This document shows, piece by piece, positions 29,663-41,612 of a DNA stretch of 44,036 bases. The stretch's first letter is position 1. Each line of letters starts with the position of its first letter. Location: the NCBI GenBank assembly GCA_964394385.1, contig CAYMWZ010000001.1:1-44036 (forward strand), read 5' to 3'. The stretch is from an uncultured Nitrospinaceae bacterium. GTDB taxonomy: Bacteria; UBA8248. A model generated the notes under the pieces. That model worked only from the letters and a program-made list of their open reading frames with translations. It did not search any database and was not told the DNA's origin. A program made the position numbers and the translations under genes.

Positions 29663-30505
29663 TTAAAGCTCCACTTCGGCGTGACGGTGAGCGTGGCACT
29701 CCACGTTGATGCAGATCGGGAGGCCCCCGATGTGGCAGGCGTAGGTCTCGATGTGGACCCCGATGCAGGTGGTCTTGCCGCCCATGCCCATGGGGCCCAC
29801 CCCGGTGCGGTTCACCGCTTCCATGATGTCCCGCTCCAGATCGGCCACGAGGGGGTCCGGGCTGGGCTGGCCCAGGGGCCGGAAGAGCGCCCACTTGGCC
29901 AGAAGGGCGGCCTTCTCGATGGTGCCGCCCAGCCCGATGCCCAGGAGGATGGGGGGGCAAGGGTTCCCGCCCGACTCGAAGACATGCTGGATGACGGTTC
30001 GGATGATGCCCTCGCGCCCGTCCGAGGGCTTGAGCATCCGCGCCATGCTCATGTTCTCGCTCCCGGTCCCCTTGGCCGCAAAATAGAGCTTGAGCCTGTC
30101 TCCCGGAACGATGCGGCAGTGGACGACGGCCGGGGTGTTGTCCCGGGTGTTCTTGCGCCGGAGGGGGTCGTTCACCACTGAGCCGCGGAGGTATCCGTCG
30201 GCGTAACCTCGCCGGATGCCCTCGTTGATGGCGTCCTCGAGGAGCCCGCCGGCGAGGTGGACCTCCTGGCCGATCTCGACGAACACCACCGAGACGCCCG
30301 TGTCCTGGCAGTAGGGCACCCGCTCGGCGGAGGCGAGAGCGGCGTTCTCGGTGAGCTGGTTCAGGACCCGAAGGCCGAGGGGGGAGGTCTCCCACGCCTT
30401 CGCCTCCTCGATCTTGGCGACATAGGCGGGGTCGACATTGTAGTTCGATTCAATGGCCATCTCGCGGATCTTCGCCGTGATCTCTGCCACCTCGATCGTT
30501 CGCAT
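29663..30505 (-). CDS. class I (Fe-S) fumarate hydratase, alpha subunit (N-terminal domain type)
   Basis: MRTIEVAEITAKIREMAIESN...PYCQDTGVSVVFVEIGQ...KGTGSENMS...CPP are Fe-S cluster Cys contexts. ATG 30505 was chosen because the N-terminus matches FumA-type starts. The track start TTG 30541 overlaps the mdh stop. Confidence 0.9.
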   Translation of the reverse strand: MRTIEVAEITAKIREMAIESNYNVDPAYVAKIEEAKAWETSPLGLRVLNQLTENAALASAERVPYCQDTGVSVVFVEIGQEVHLAGGLLEDAINEGIRRGYADGYLRGSVVNDPLRRKNTRDNTPAVVHCRIVPGDRLKLYFAAKGTGSENMSMARMLKPSDGREGIIRTVIQHVFESGGNPCPPILLGIGLGGTIEKAALLAKWALFRPLGQPSPDPLVADLERDIMEAVNRTGVGPMGMGGKTTCIGVHIETYACHIGGLPICINVECHAHRHAEVEL

Positions 30506-30537
30506 GGCTCCATCCCCGGCCATCGGGAGGCGCCGTG

Positions 30538-32740
<2,203 letters not shown>

Positions 32741-33068
32741 TCGACACTCCCTGCTATCAATCCGATGCCCAAGGGGGCCCTGGCCGCCGAGCCAAAGGAG
32801 GGGCGCTGCCCAAATGCCCTTCCGGGATGGCGAAACCATCCCCACCGATGGGAAACGGCGGGCGAAGGATCCCCCACCCCTGCGGCGCCCCGATGAGGCC
32901 GCCAAGCCGGGATGAGGGAGGACCATTCCTTATCACGTCCCCCCGCCTCGTGCCAGTCTTCCGGAGGTCCTGGGCGGTCGGCTTGACCTCCCGGGGCGGG
33001 CGGGGCACCATTTCTCCGCCCCCGAGGGGATGGTCTGCCCACCTCCGCCTCTGCTCTCGGCGCATCGC

Positions 33069-33863
33069 ATGCCGCACGTCCCCAAAAAACGGTTCGGCCA
33101 GCATTTTTTGCGCGACGCGACGGTGCTGCGCGAGATCGTGGAGCTTGGCGAGATCTCCCCGGGAGAGGCGGTGCTCGAGATCGGAGCGGGGGACGGCACC
33201 CTGACCCGCGCCCTTCTCGCCGCGGGAGCCCGGGTCACCGCCGTGGAGCTGGACCGGGATCTCCTCCCCGCCCTCCGTGAGTTCGCCGCCGGGGAGCCCC
33301 GTCTTGAGGTGGTGGCGGGTGACGCCATGCAGCTCGACTACGGCTCTCTCCCCTTCCCCCAAAAGCTCATCTCCAACCTCCCCTATCAGATCGCCACGGG
33401 GATTCTCTCCCGCCTGTGCGAGTGGCCGGGCCGGTTCCCCCTCATGGTGGTGCTGGTCCAGCGCGAAGTGGGGCGGCGCCTCGCCGCCCCGCCCGGCGGC
33501 AAGGACTACGGGACCCTCACCCTGTGGGTGGGCCACCGCTACGCGGTCGAGGTGCGCCGGGTGGTCCCCCCGGGGGCCTTCAGCCCGCCTCCCCAGGTGG
33601 ACTCTGCCCTCCTGCGTCTGAGAGCCCGGCCCAGACCCCTCGTGGAGGTGGCCGACGAGGAGGCCTACTTCCGCCTCATCCGGGCCGCCTTCGCCCTGCG
33701 CCGCAAGACCTTGCTCAACAACCTGCGGAATTTCCCCGCTCCCGGCGAGAGCCGGCCCGACTGGGCCGAAGTGCTCGCCCGCGCCGGGGTGGAGGGAAGA
33801 CGCCGCGCCGAGACCCTGGACGCCGAGGCGTTCGCCCGCATCCTCCGGGCCCTCTCGGCCTGA
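33069..33863 (+). CDS. rsmA: 16S rRNA (adenine1518/1519-N6)-dimethyltransferase
   Basis: MPHVPKKRFGQHFL...VLEIGAGDGTLT...ISNLPYQIATGIL... is the KsgA/Dim1 family. Confidence 0.93.
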   Translation: MPHVPKKRFGQHFLRDATVLREIVELGEISPGEAVLEIGAGDGTLTRALLAAGARVTAVELDRDLLPALREFAAGEPRLEVVAGDAMQLDYGSLPFPQKLISNLPYQIATGILSRLCEWPGRFPLMVVLVQREVGRRLAAPPGGKDYGTLTLWVGHRYAVEVRRVVPPGAFSPPPQVDSALLRLRARPRPLVEVADEEAYFRLIRAAFALRRKTLLNNLRNFPAPGESRPDWAEVLARAGVEGRRRAETLDAEAFARILRALSA

Positions 33864-33874
33864 GGGGCCCGCCT

Positions 33875-34810
33875 TTGGCCTCCCGCGTTCTTCTTTACCG
33901 CTCGGGCGCTCTGGGGGACACCCTCCTCGCCGTGGGCGCGCTGGACGCCCTCAGGAGGCGCTACCCGGAGGCCGCGATCACTCTTGCCGCGCGGCCGGCC
34001 TACGCCGCCCCTCTCCTCGACGCAGGGCGGACCGACGCCCTCCTCGACGCCGAAGGAGGCCCCTTCCGTCTTCTCTACGAAACCTCGCCCGAGGAGGATG
34101 ACCTCGCCCGGCTCCTGCGATCCTTCGAGGCCACCGTCTTCTTCACCCAAGACCTCGGAGGGGAGGCCGCCCGGCGGCTGGCCTCGCTGGGAGCGGGCCG
34201 CCACCTCCTCGCCCCTCCTTTCCCTCCCGAGGGAGAGAAGCTGCACGTGGCCCAGTGGATGGTGCGGGCCCTCGTCCCCCTGGGGGTGGATCCCGAGCCC
34301 TCTCCCCCCGCCCCCCTCATCCCCTCCGTCAAAAGCCGGGCCGAGGCCGCGACCCTGCTGGAACGGCTGGGCTTGGGAGAAGGCGCGTTCCTCGCCTTGC
34401 ATCTTGGTGGCGGCGGGCGCGCCAAATGGGCGCCTCCCGGGGCGATCGCCCGGATCGCAAGGGCCCACTGCGCCCGGGCCGCCGCCCGGCCCTTGCTCAT
34501 CCAGGGACCGGCGGACGAGGAAGCGTGCGCCACATTTTTGAAGAAGTGGGGGGAGGCGCTTCCCGTGGCCCGGGCTCCCCGCGCCGAGGTCCTCGCGGCC
34601 CTCTTGGCCCAAGCGGCCGCCTTCATCGGAGGCGACTCGGGAGTGAGCCACTTGGCCGCTCTGTGCGGGGCGCCCGCGCTGACGCTCCTGGGCCCGGCTT
34701 CGGCCCCCGGGCGCTGGGCGCCCTTGGGAGCCAGAGCCGGCTGGCTCCCCTGGGATCGAGCGGCGGAGGGAGCCGAGCGGCTCGCGTCCCTGGCCGCGCG
34801 GCCGCTCTGA
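33875..34810 (+). CDS. glycosyltransferase family 9 (ADP-heptose:LPS heptosyltransferase-like)
   Basis: LLYRSGALGDTLLAVGALDALRRRYPEA at the N-terminus and GGDSGVSHLAALCGAPALTLLGP near the C-terminus. The start is placed at TTG 33875, with GAGGGG 7 nt upstream and just after the rsmA stop. The exact start is uncertain. Confidence 0.8.
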   Translation: MASRVLLYRSGALGDTLLAVGALDALRRRYPEAAITLAARPAYAAPLLDAGRTDALLDAEGGPFRLLYETSPEEDDLARLLRSFEATVFFTQDLGGEAARRLASLGAGRHLLAPPFPPEGEKLHVAQWMVRALVPLGVDPEPSPPAPLIPSVKSRAEAATLLERLGLGEGAFLALHLGGGGRAKWAPPGAIARIARAHCARAAARPLLIQGPADEEACATFLKKWGEALPVARAPRAEVLAALLAQAAAFIGGDSGVSHLAALCGAPALTLLGPASAPGRWAPLGARAGWLPWDRAAEGAERLASLAARPL

Positions 34811-34830
34811 CGCGGGGGGAAGGCCAGCCC

Positions 34831-35559
34831 TCAGTCCAGGTATTTCCCGAGACGGCTCCATCGGGGAGAGCCCCTCTCCCCGTTCCAGGACCAATAGATG
34901 AGGAAGGCGACTCCGCGGATCTTGCTGTCCCAGCAGGCGGCGCGCCAAAGGGAACAGGGGAAGGGAAAGTCCAAGGAGTAGTCCCCGAACCGCACGCGCA
35001 GGCGGTCGAGCTGCTCACCCCGCTTGAGGAATCCCCAGAATCGGCTGTCCTGGCTGTTGTTCCGATTGTCCCCCAGCATGAAGAGATGCCCCGGAGGGAC
35101 ACGACGCGGGCCCCAGGTTCGCTCCGTCCCGCCGGCCTCCCCGTCCGGCTTGAAGACCGCGTAGGACTCCTCAATGGGCCGGCACGACTCGGGGCGCTCG
35201 GGGGTCGGGCAGTTGATGTAGACCCTCCGGCCCCGCACCATCACCGTCTCGCCGGGAAGCCCCACCACGCGCTTGATGAAGTCTCTGTTCTCGTCCCGCG
35301 GGTAGCGGAAGACGATGATGTCCCCCCGGCGGGGCTCGCGGAACCAATAGAGGAACTTGTTGACGAGGATGTGATCCCCGACGAGGAGGGTCTCCTCCAT
35401 CGAACCGGAGGGGATCTTGAACGCCTGGACGATGAAGGTGCGCACAATCAGGGCGAGCACCAGCGCGATGAGGATCGCCTCGGAGTACTCGCGGACGGTG
35501 GACTTGCCCCTCCTCGCCTGCGCCTCTTCCCGGCTCGCCGCCGCCTCCGGCCCCGTCAC
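34831..35559 (-). CDS. lepB: signal peptidase I
   Basis: TM segment, then [20 protein letters not shown] (catalytic Ser), [19 protein letters not shown] and [16 protein letters not shown]. The GTG start overlaps the lepA TGA (GTGA). Confidence 0.92.
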   Translation of the reverse strand: MTGPEAAASREEAQARRGKSTVREYSEAILIALVLALIVRTFIVQAFKIPSGSMEETLLVGDHILVNKFLYWFREPRRGDIIVFRYPRDENRDFIKRVVGLPGETVMVRGRRVYINCPTPERPESCRPIEESYAVFKPDGEAGGTERTWGPRRVPPGHLFMLGDNRNNSQDSRFWGFLKRGEQLDRLRVRFGDYSLDFPFPCSLWRAACWDSKIRGVAFLIYWSWNGERGSPRWSRLGKYLD

Positions 35560-37364
35560 GCGCCCTCCCGTCCCACGTTCAAAACGGCCATGAAGGCCTC
35601 CTGGGGCACTTCCACGGTCCCGATGTTCTTCATCCGCTTCTTTCCCTCTTTTTGCTTCTCAAGGAGCTTGCGCTTGCGCGTGATGTCTCCCCCGTAGCAC
35701 TTCGCGGTCACGTCCTTCCGCAGGGCCCTTACCGTCTCCCGGGCGATCACCCGGTTTCCGACAGCGGCCTGAATGACCACTTCGAACATCTGGCGGGGGA
35801 TGAGCTGCCGCATCTTCCCGACGAGGGCCCGGCCGTAAAAGTAGGCCTTCTCCTTGTGGAGGATGGTGGAAAAGGGGTCGATGGGCTGGCCGTTCAGCAG
35901 GATGTCCAGCTTCACCACTACGGCGGGCCGGAACCCCAGGTGCTCGTAGTCGAAGCTCGCATAGCCGCGGGTGATGGATTTGAGCTTGTCATAGAAGTCG
36001 AAAAGGATCTCCCCGAAGGGGAGCTCATAGATGATCTGGACAGTCTTGGGATCGATGTACTCCATGGAGCGCTGGACGCCCCGCTTCTCCTGGGCCAGCT
36101 TGAGGACCGCCCCCACGAACTCCGCCGGGGTCAAGATGGTCCCCACGATGAAGGGCTCCTCGACGCGCTCGATGCGGGAGAGGTCGGGCAGCTTCGCCGG
36201 GCTGTCGATCTCGGTCATCGTGCCGTCCCTCAGATAGACGCGGTAGATCACCGTGGGGGCGGTGATGATGAGGGTGAGGTCGTACTCCCGCTCGAGCCGC
36301 TCCCGGATGATGTCCATGTGAAGCAAGCCCAAAAACCCGCACCGGAAGCCAAAGCCCAGGGCCGCCGACGTCTCGGGCTCGAAGTTGAAGGCCGAGTCAT
36401 TGAGGCGCAGCTTCTCCAGGGCGGCCCTCAGGTCCTCGTAGTCGGCGCTGTCGGCCGCGTAGAGGCCGCTGAAGACCATGGCCTTGGGCTCTTTGAAACC
36501 TGAGACGGGCTTCTCGGCCGGTCGCTCGGCCAAGGTGATCGTGTCCCCCACCCGTGTGTCGCTCACTTGGCGTATGGCGGCCGAGAGGGCTCCCACCTCC
36601 CCGGGCCCCAGGACATCGACCAGGATCTCATGCGGGGTGTAAACGGCCAGGTGGATCACCTGGTATTCCCGCCCGTTGGACATGAGCCGCACCGTGTCGC
36701 CCTTGCGGAGGGTCCCCTGAAAAACCCGCACGAGGGGGACCGCCCCCAGGTAGGAGTCGAACCAGGAGTCGATGACGAGCGCCTGAAGCGGGGCGCCGGG
36801 ATCCCCCTTGGGCGGGGGGATGCGCTCCACGATGGCGTCGAGCAACTCGCTCACCCCGGTGCCCTCCTTGGCGCTCGCGAGGAGGCACTCCTCCCCGCCG
36901 ATGCCGATGATCTCCTCGATCTGGGTCCTCACGCGCTCAGGGTCGGCCGCGGGAAGGTCGATCTTATTGATGACGGGAATGATGGCCAGATTCTGCTCGA
37001 GGGCCAGGTAGGCGTTCGCCAGGGTTTGGGCTTGGACGCCCTGGGTGGCGTCCACCAGCAGGAGGGCCCCCTCGCAGGCCTTCAAGCTGCGGGAGACCTC
37101 GTAACTGAAGTCCACGTGGCCGGGAGTGTCGATGAGGTTGAAAATGTAGGACGCCCTGCCCGGGGGCCGGTAGGTGAGGCGTACGCTGGCCGCCTTGATG
37201 GTGATGCCCCGCTCGCGCTCGAGCTCCATGGAATCCAGCACCTGCGCGGACATCTCCCGGGCGGAGAGTGCCCCCGTCCGCTCCAGGATGCGGTCCGCCA
37301 AGGTGGATTTCCCGTGGTCGATATGGGCGATGATCGAAAAATTCCGAATATTCTCGAAACCCAC
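35556..37364 (-). CDS. lepA: translation elongation factor 4 (LepA)
   Basis: [28 protein letters not shown] and NKIDL GTPase motifs plus the LepA C-terminal domain. GTG 37364 gives a typical ~602-aa protein. ATG 37451 (631 aa) is an alternative. No convincing SD was seen for either. Confidence 0.92.
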   Translation of the reverse strand: MGFENIRNFSIIAHIDHGKSTLADRILERTGALSAREMSAQVLDSMELERERGITIKAASVRLTYRPPGRASYIFNLIDTPGHVDFSYEVSRSLKACEGALLLVDATQGVQAQTLANAYLALEQNLAIIPVINKIDLPAADPERVRTQIEEIIGIGGEECLLASAKEGTGVSELLDAIVERIPPPKGDPGAPLQALVIDSWFDSYLGAVPLVRVFQGTLRKGDTVRLMSNGREYQVIHLAVYTPHEILVDVLGPGEVGALSAAIRQVSDTRVGDTITLAERPAEKPVSGFKEPKAMVFSGLYAADSADYEDLRAALEKLRLNDSAFNFEPETSAALGFGFRCGFLGLLHMDIIRERLEREYDLTLIITAPTVIYRVYLRDGTMTEIDSPAKLPDLSRIERVEEPFIVGTILTPAEFVGAVLKLAQEKRGVQRSMEYIDPKTVQIIYELPFGEILFDFYDKLKSITRGYASFDYEHLGFRPAVVVKLDILLNGQPIDPFSTILHKEKAYFYGRALVGKMRQLIPRQMFEVVIQAAVGNRVIARETVRALRKDVTAKCYGGDITRKRKLLEKQKEGKKRMKNIGTVEVPQEAFMAVLNVGREGA

Positions 37365-37535
37365 GGCCAGAAAAGCACTCTCAGGGAGGGGACCGAAACG
37401 CCCTGCGGCGGGCCGGGCGGCGAGCCGGGCCGCATTCCAGCCGACAAGCATAGCCGATCTCAACCCCGAACGCACCCGCACGGGGGGAGGCCTCCTCAGC
37501 CTCCCTGTCCGGGGCGGGAGGGAGGCGGATCCGGA

Positions 37536-37564
37536 TTGTTCCTCTCGCCCGCCGGTGCTAGCAT
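37536..37564 (+). promoter_or_regulatory. candidate promoter for the htrA pair (-35 TTGTTC, 17-nt spacer, -10 TAGCAT)
   Basis: Plus strand: TTGTTC at 37536-37541, 17 nt, then TAGCAT at 37559-37564, about 50 nt upstream of ATG 37616. This is a weak pattern match only. Confidence 0.25.
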
Positions 37565-37615
37565 GAAGAGGATGGCTCCATTCGATCGAACGACGATGGC
37601 ATAGGACTTTGACCG

Positions 37616-39031
37616 ATGAAGCGCTCGCGATGGCTTCCCTTCCTCGCCGGTGGGGCGGCGCTGGGCGTCCTGGCCCTCGCCGGGGGGGCCCGCTCCGCCA
37701 CCTCCCCGGAACATCCGTTCGGAAGCCACGTTTTCATCGAGGCGGTCAAGCGACTCCGCCCCTCGGTGGTCCACATCCGCGTCAAGCCCCGCGATGCGGG
37801 AGGAACCTTGGGATTCGGCTTCTTCGGCCGGGGGAAGAAAAAGGAGCCTGGGCCCTTCTTCGACTTCGAGGAGGGCCTCGCCCAGCAGCGCTTCAACGTG
37901 GGCTCGGGGATCATCGTCTCCGCCGACGGCTACATCCTCACCAATCACCACGTGATCAAGGACGGCGCGGAGTTAACCGTAAAGTTGAACGATGGCGAGG
38001 AGCTGCGCGGCCGCCTCATCGGGGTGGACGAGAAGACCGACCTCGCTTTGCTCAAGGTCGATCCCAAGAAGCCCCTCCTCCCGGCGGCCTTGGGCGACTC
38101 GGACACCGTTGAGGTCGGCGAGTGGGTTCTCGCCATTGGCAGTCCCTTCGGCCTCGCCCAGTCAGTGACGGTGGGGATCATCAGCGCCAAGGGCCGCAAT
38201 CTGGGCGAAGGCCCCTATGACGATTATCTGCAGACCGACGCCGTCATTAATCCAGGCAACTCGGGAGGGCCCCTGGGAAACAGCCGAGGGGAGGTGATCG
38301 GCATCAACACCGCCATCTTCTCCCGGGGGCGAAGAACCTGGAGCATGGGCATCGGATTCGCCATCCCCGTCAACCAGGCCAAGGCGGTCATCGACGACCT
38401 CCGCCACAAGGGATATCCCGTCCGGGGCCGCCTGGGGGCAACCATCGCCGAGGTTCCTCTCGAGGAGGGGCGCCGCCTCGGGCTGGGGAGAAACGAGGGG
38501 GCCAAGCTGGCCGAGGTCGTGCGCGGTGGTCCCGCCGACCAGGGGGGGCTACGCCGGGGGGACGTGGTTGTGGAGTTCAACGGCACGCCGGTCAGCACGT
38601 GGGAGAGCCTGCCGCGGATGGTGGCGCGCGCCCGGCCCGAGAGCGAAATCCAAGTCAAATACTACCGCGATGGAAAGCTCCACTCCGCCCGCGTGCGCAT
38701 CGGAAGGAGCCCCGAGGCACCCCTCTCAGTCAAGGCTGACCCCCGGACTCCCCTGGGGATGCGCGTGGAGCCCATGACCCCCCAACTGGCGCAACGCTTC
38801 GGCCTGGAGAACGGCATGGGCCTCGTGGTCTCGGCGGTGCAGCGGGACGGCCCGGCGGCAAAGGGGGGCATCCTCCCCGGGGACGAGATCCTCGAGGTGA
38901 ACCACGCCCCCGTCCGCACCCTGCCCCAATACGAGGAGGCCGTGAAGCGGGCCGAGAGTGAAGGCTCGGTGCTCCTCCTGCTCCGCCGGAGGGGGACTCA
39001 CATCTTCGCCGCCTTGCGGTTGCCTGGATGA
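37616..39031 (+). CDS. periplasmic serine endoprotease, HtrA/DegP/DegQ family (trypsin-like domain + 2 PDZ)
   Basis: Signal/TM segment, an intact triad context ([21 protein letters not shown]) and two PDZ-like segments ([24 protein letters not shown] and [24 protein letters not shown]). Confidence 0.92.
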   Translation: MKRSRWLPFLAGGAALGVLALAGGARSATSPEHPFGSHVFIEAVKRLRPSVVHIRVKPRDAGGTLGFGFFGRGKKKEPGPFFDFEEGLAQQRFNVGSGIIVSADGYILTNHHVIKDGAELTVKLNDGEELRGRLIGVDEKTDLALLKVDPKKPLLPAALGDSDTVEVGEWVLAIGSPFGLAQSVTVGIISAKGRNLGEGPYDDYLQTDAVINPGNSGGPLGNSRGEVIGINTAIFSRGRRTWSMGIGFAIPVNQAKAVIDDLRHKGYPVRGRLGATIAEVPLEEGRRLGLGRNEGAKLAEVVRGGPADQGGLRRGDVVVEFNGTPVSTWESLPRMVARARPESEIQVKYYRDGKLHSARVRIGRSPEAPLSVKADPRTPLGMRVEPMTPQLAQRFGLENGMGLVVSAVQRDGPAAKGGILPGDEILEVNHAPVRTLPQYEEAVKRAESEGSVLLLLRRRGTHIFAALRLPG

Positions 39032-40443
39032 GGGCGAAGTCCGCCCTGGCTCACGCGGCGGCGCTCCGTGTCGGGGGCGTCGCCCTCCTCCTGATGGCCG
39101 GGCTCTGGGCCGCCGGCGCTCAGGCGGCGCGGGACCGCGAAGGCCGCCGCAGCCCCATCGTGCGCGCCGTCGAGCGCGCAGCCCCGGCCGTCGTCAACAT
39201 CAGCGCCCTGCAAGTCCACGAGGCGGCCAATCCCTTCTCGCGCTACAACAACCCCCTGGTGGAGGAGTTTTTCCGCGACTTTTTCGGCCGGGCGCCCTCC
39301 CTCCGGCCCGAGCGCAGCCTGGGCTCAGGGGTGATCATCCGTCCCGACGGCTACATCCTCACCAACGAGCACGTCATCTCGCGCGCGAGCGAGGTCCGCG
39401 TCTTCCTCTCCGGCAGGCACACCTTTCCCGCGCGCCTCATCGGCTCGGACCCGGCGAACGACCTGGCCGTGATCAAGATCGACGCCAAGGAGCCCCTCCC
39501 CCATCTCCCGATGGGCCGCTCGGACGACCTCATGATCGGCGAAACGGTGATCGCCATCGGCAACCCCTTCGGCCTGGCCCACACCGTGACCACGGGGGTG
39601 GTGAGCGCTCTGGGCCGCGCCCTGGAGGAGAGCCGAGGCGGGGGACGGCGCCACCCGGCCGACTTCATCCAGACGGACGCCTCCATCAACCCGGGCAACT
39701 CGGGCGGCCCTCTCCTCAACATCTATGGCGACCTGGTGGGGATCAACACCGCAATCTTCAGCACCGCCCAGGGCATCGGCTTCGCCATCCCGATCGACCG
39801 GGCCCACCGCATCGTGAGCGACCTCATCCTCTTCGGAAAGGTCCGGAAGGGGTGGGTGGGCCTGGTCCTTCAAGACCTCACCCCCCGCCTGGCCCGGCAG
39901 ATAAGCTTCCCCTCCGGGCAGGGCGCCGTGGTCGTCCAGGTGCTGGAGGCGAGCCCCGCGCAAAAGGCCGGCCTGCGCCGCGCGGACATCCTGCTCGCCT
40001 TTGGTGGCCGGGAGATCGCATCCCACGAGGATTATCTAAACGAACTGGCCGGCTACACCGTGGGCTCAAAAGTGGACCTCAAGATGTGGCGCGCGGGCGA
40101 GGTCTTCGGGCGTGAGATCAGGCTGGCCGAGGTGCCTACGGGCCTTGCGGACGCAATCGGGTGGGACTGGCTGGGCCTTCGGGCGGGGCCCATCGACGCC
40201 GAGAATGCCCGCATCTACCAGCCCCACACCCGCAAGGGGGTGATCATCACCCGCGTCCTCCCGAACGGCTCGGCTGATGCCATCGGGATCCGGCCGGGCG
40301 ACGTGATCCGCCAGATCAACGGGCTCGCCACCGACGACATGGACGCCTTCAAGGAGGCGCTCGTGAGGGCGCGCGAGTTCCCCCGCGTGCAACTCCTGGT
40401 CCAGCGCCGCAAGCAGGGGTACAACGTGACGCTCGAGCCCTGA
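39028..40443 (+). CDS. second HtrA-family serine endoprotease (trypsin-like domain + 2 PDZ)
   Basis: ATGA overlap with the upstream htrA. Triad context is TNEHVI, NDLAVIKI and GNSGGPL. PDZ segments are GAVVVQVLEASPAQKAGLRRADIL and GVIITRVLPNGSADAIGIRPGDVI. Confidence 0.92.
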   Translation: MRAKSALAHAAALRVGGVALLLMAGLWAAGAQAARDREGRRSPIVRAVERAAPAVVNISALQVHEAANPFSRYNNPLVEEFFRDFFGRAPSLRPERSLGSGVIIRPDGYILTNEHVISRASEVRVFLSGRHTFPARLIGSDPANDLAVIKIDAKEPLPHLPMGRSDDLMIGETVIAIGNPFGLAHTVTTGVVSALGRALEESRGGGRRHPADFIQTDASINPGNSGGPLLNIYGDLVGINTAIFSTAQGIGFAIPIDRAHRIVSDLILFGKVRKGWVGLVLQDLTPRLARQISFPSGQGAVVVQVLEASPAQKAGLRRADILLAFGGREIASHEDYLNELAGYTVGSKVDLKMWRAGEVFGREIRLAEVPTGLADAIGWDWLGLRAGPIDAENARIYQPHTRKGVIITRVLPNGSADAIGIRPGDVIRQINGLATDDMDAFKEALVRAREFPRVQLLVQRRKQGYNVTLEP

Positions 40444-40447
40444 CGCC

Positions 40448-41593
40448 TCAGGCCGGAACTTTTGAGCCGAAGTGGCGGGCGTGTTGCTGGAGGGCGAAGC
40501 GGTCGGTCATCCCCGCCAAGTAGTCGCACACCATGCGGTGGCGGCCGTCCGCCTCCTCGCGGCGAGCCACGTGAGGGGGCAGCTTGGCCGGATCGGCAAT
40601 ATAGGCCTGGAAAAGGTCGGTTAAGGTACGGCGGGCGCTCTCCCCGAGTTCCAATACCCGCCGATTGCGGTACATCCGATCCATCAGGAACCGCTTCAGC
40701 TCCTGGTTCCGCTCCGCCATCGCCTCGCCGAAGCCGGCAACACCATGGCCACGGCGCCGCACGTCAGCGACGTCCTGGAGGCCCAGCGCCTCTGCGCGCC
40801 TCTGGGTCGAGGCGATGAGGTCCATCACCTGGGCGTTGATGATCCGGCGGATGGTTTCGTGCTTGGCCTCCCGGGGCGTGGCCCCCGGGAACGCCCGGCG
40901 GGCCGCTCCGAAATGCTCGGCCCACAGGGAGGTCTCCATGGCGTCCTCCACGCGGAAGAGGGACGAGGAGAGGCCATCGTCCAAATCGTGGTTGTTGTAG
41001 GCGATCTCATCGGCCGCATCCACGACTTGGGCTTCGAGGCTTGGGGCGATCTCGCTCGTCAGGCCCTCCGGCATGGGGCCCTGGTAGCGGTCGATGTACT
41101 TGATGATCCCCTCGCGCGTCTCCCAGGTGAGATTGAGGCCGGGAAAGGAGGGATAGCGCCGCTCCAGGCGCTCGACGATGCGCAGGGCCTGGAGGTTGTG
41201 CTCGAAGCCGCCGTGGCCCGCCATCAGCCCGTCGAGCACCTTCTCCCCGGCGTGGCCGAAGGGCGGATGCCCCAGGTCGTGGGCCAGGGCCACGGCCTCG
41301 GACAACTCTTCGTTCAGGCGCAGCGCGCGGGCGATGGAGCGCGCGATCTGGCTCACTTCGAGGGTGTGGGTGAGGCGGGTGCGGTAGTGGTCCCCCTCGT
41401 GGTTCACAAAGACCTGCGTCTTGTACTCAAGGCGCCGGAAGGCGGTGGTATGGATGACTCGGTCGCGGTCCCGCTGGAAGGCCGTGCGCATGGGATGCTC
41501 GGGCTCGGGATGGGCCCGCCCGAGGCTCCGGGCGCTGTGCGCCGCATAAGGGGCAAGGAGCTCGGCCTCGCGCCGCTCGATGAACTCGCGCAT
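40448..41593 (-). CDS. dgt: dGTP triphosphohydrolase-like HD-domain protein
   Basis: FQRDRDRVIHTTAFRRLEYKTQVF...DHYRTRLTHTLEVSQIAR...AHDLGHPPFGHAGE. ATG 41593 was chosen; the 547-aa track ORF overlaps the upstream gene. Confidence 0.9.
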   Translation of the reverse strand: MREFIERREAELLAPYAAHSARSLGRAHPEPEHPMRTAFQRDRDRVIHTTAFRRLEYKTQVFVNHEGDHYRTRLTHTLEVSQIARSIARALRLNEELSEAVALAHDLGHPPFGHAGEKVLDGLMAGHGGFEHNLQALRIVERLERRYPSFPGLNLTWETREGIIKYIDRYQGPMPEGLTSEIAPSLEAQVVDAADEIAYNNHDLDDGLSSSLFRVEDAMETSLWAEHFGAARRAFPGATPREAKHETIRRIINAQVMDLIASTQRRAEALGLQDVADVRRRGHGVAGFGEAMAERNQELKRFLMDRMYRNRRVLELGESARRTLTDLFQAYIADPAKLPPHVARREEADGRHRMVCDYLAGMTDRFALQQHARHFGSKVPA

Positions 41594-41612
41594 CCCGACC
41601 AACGCCGGCCTC

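Noticed and set aside
32757-33536. 259-aa minus-strand ORF covering the icd-rsmA spacer and the antisense of rsmA. The plus-strand ORF 32827..33204 is a related case.
   Set aside because: No motif, composition typical of shadow ORFs, and overlap with the well-supported rsmA.
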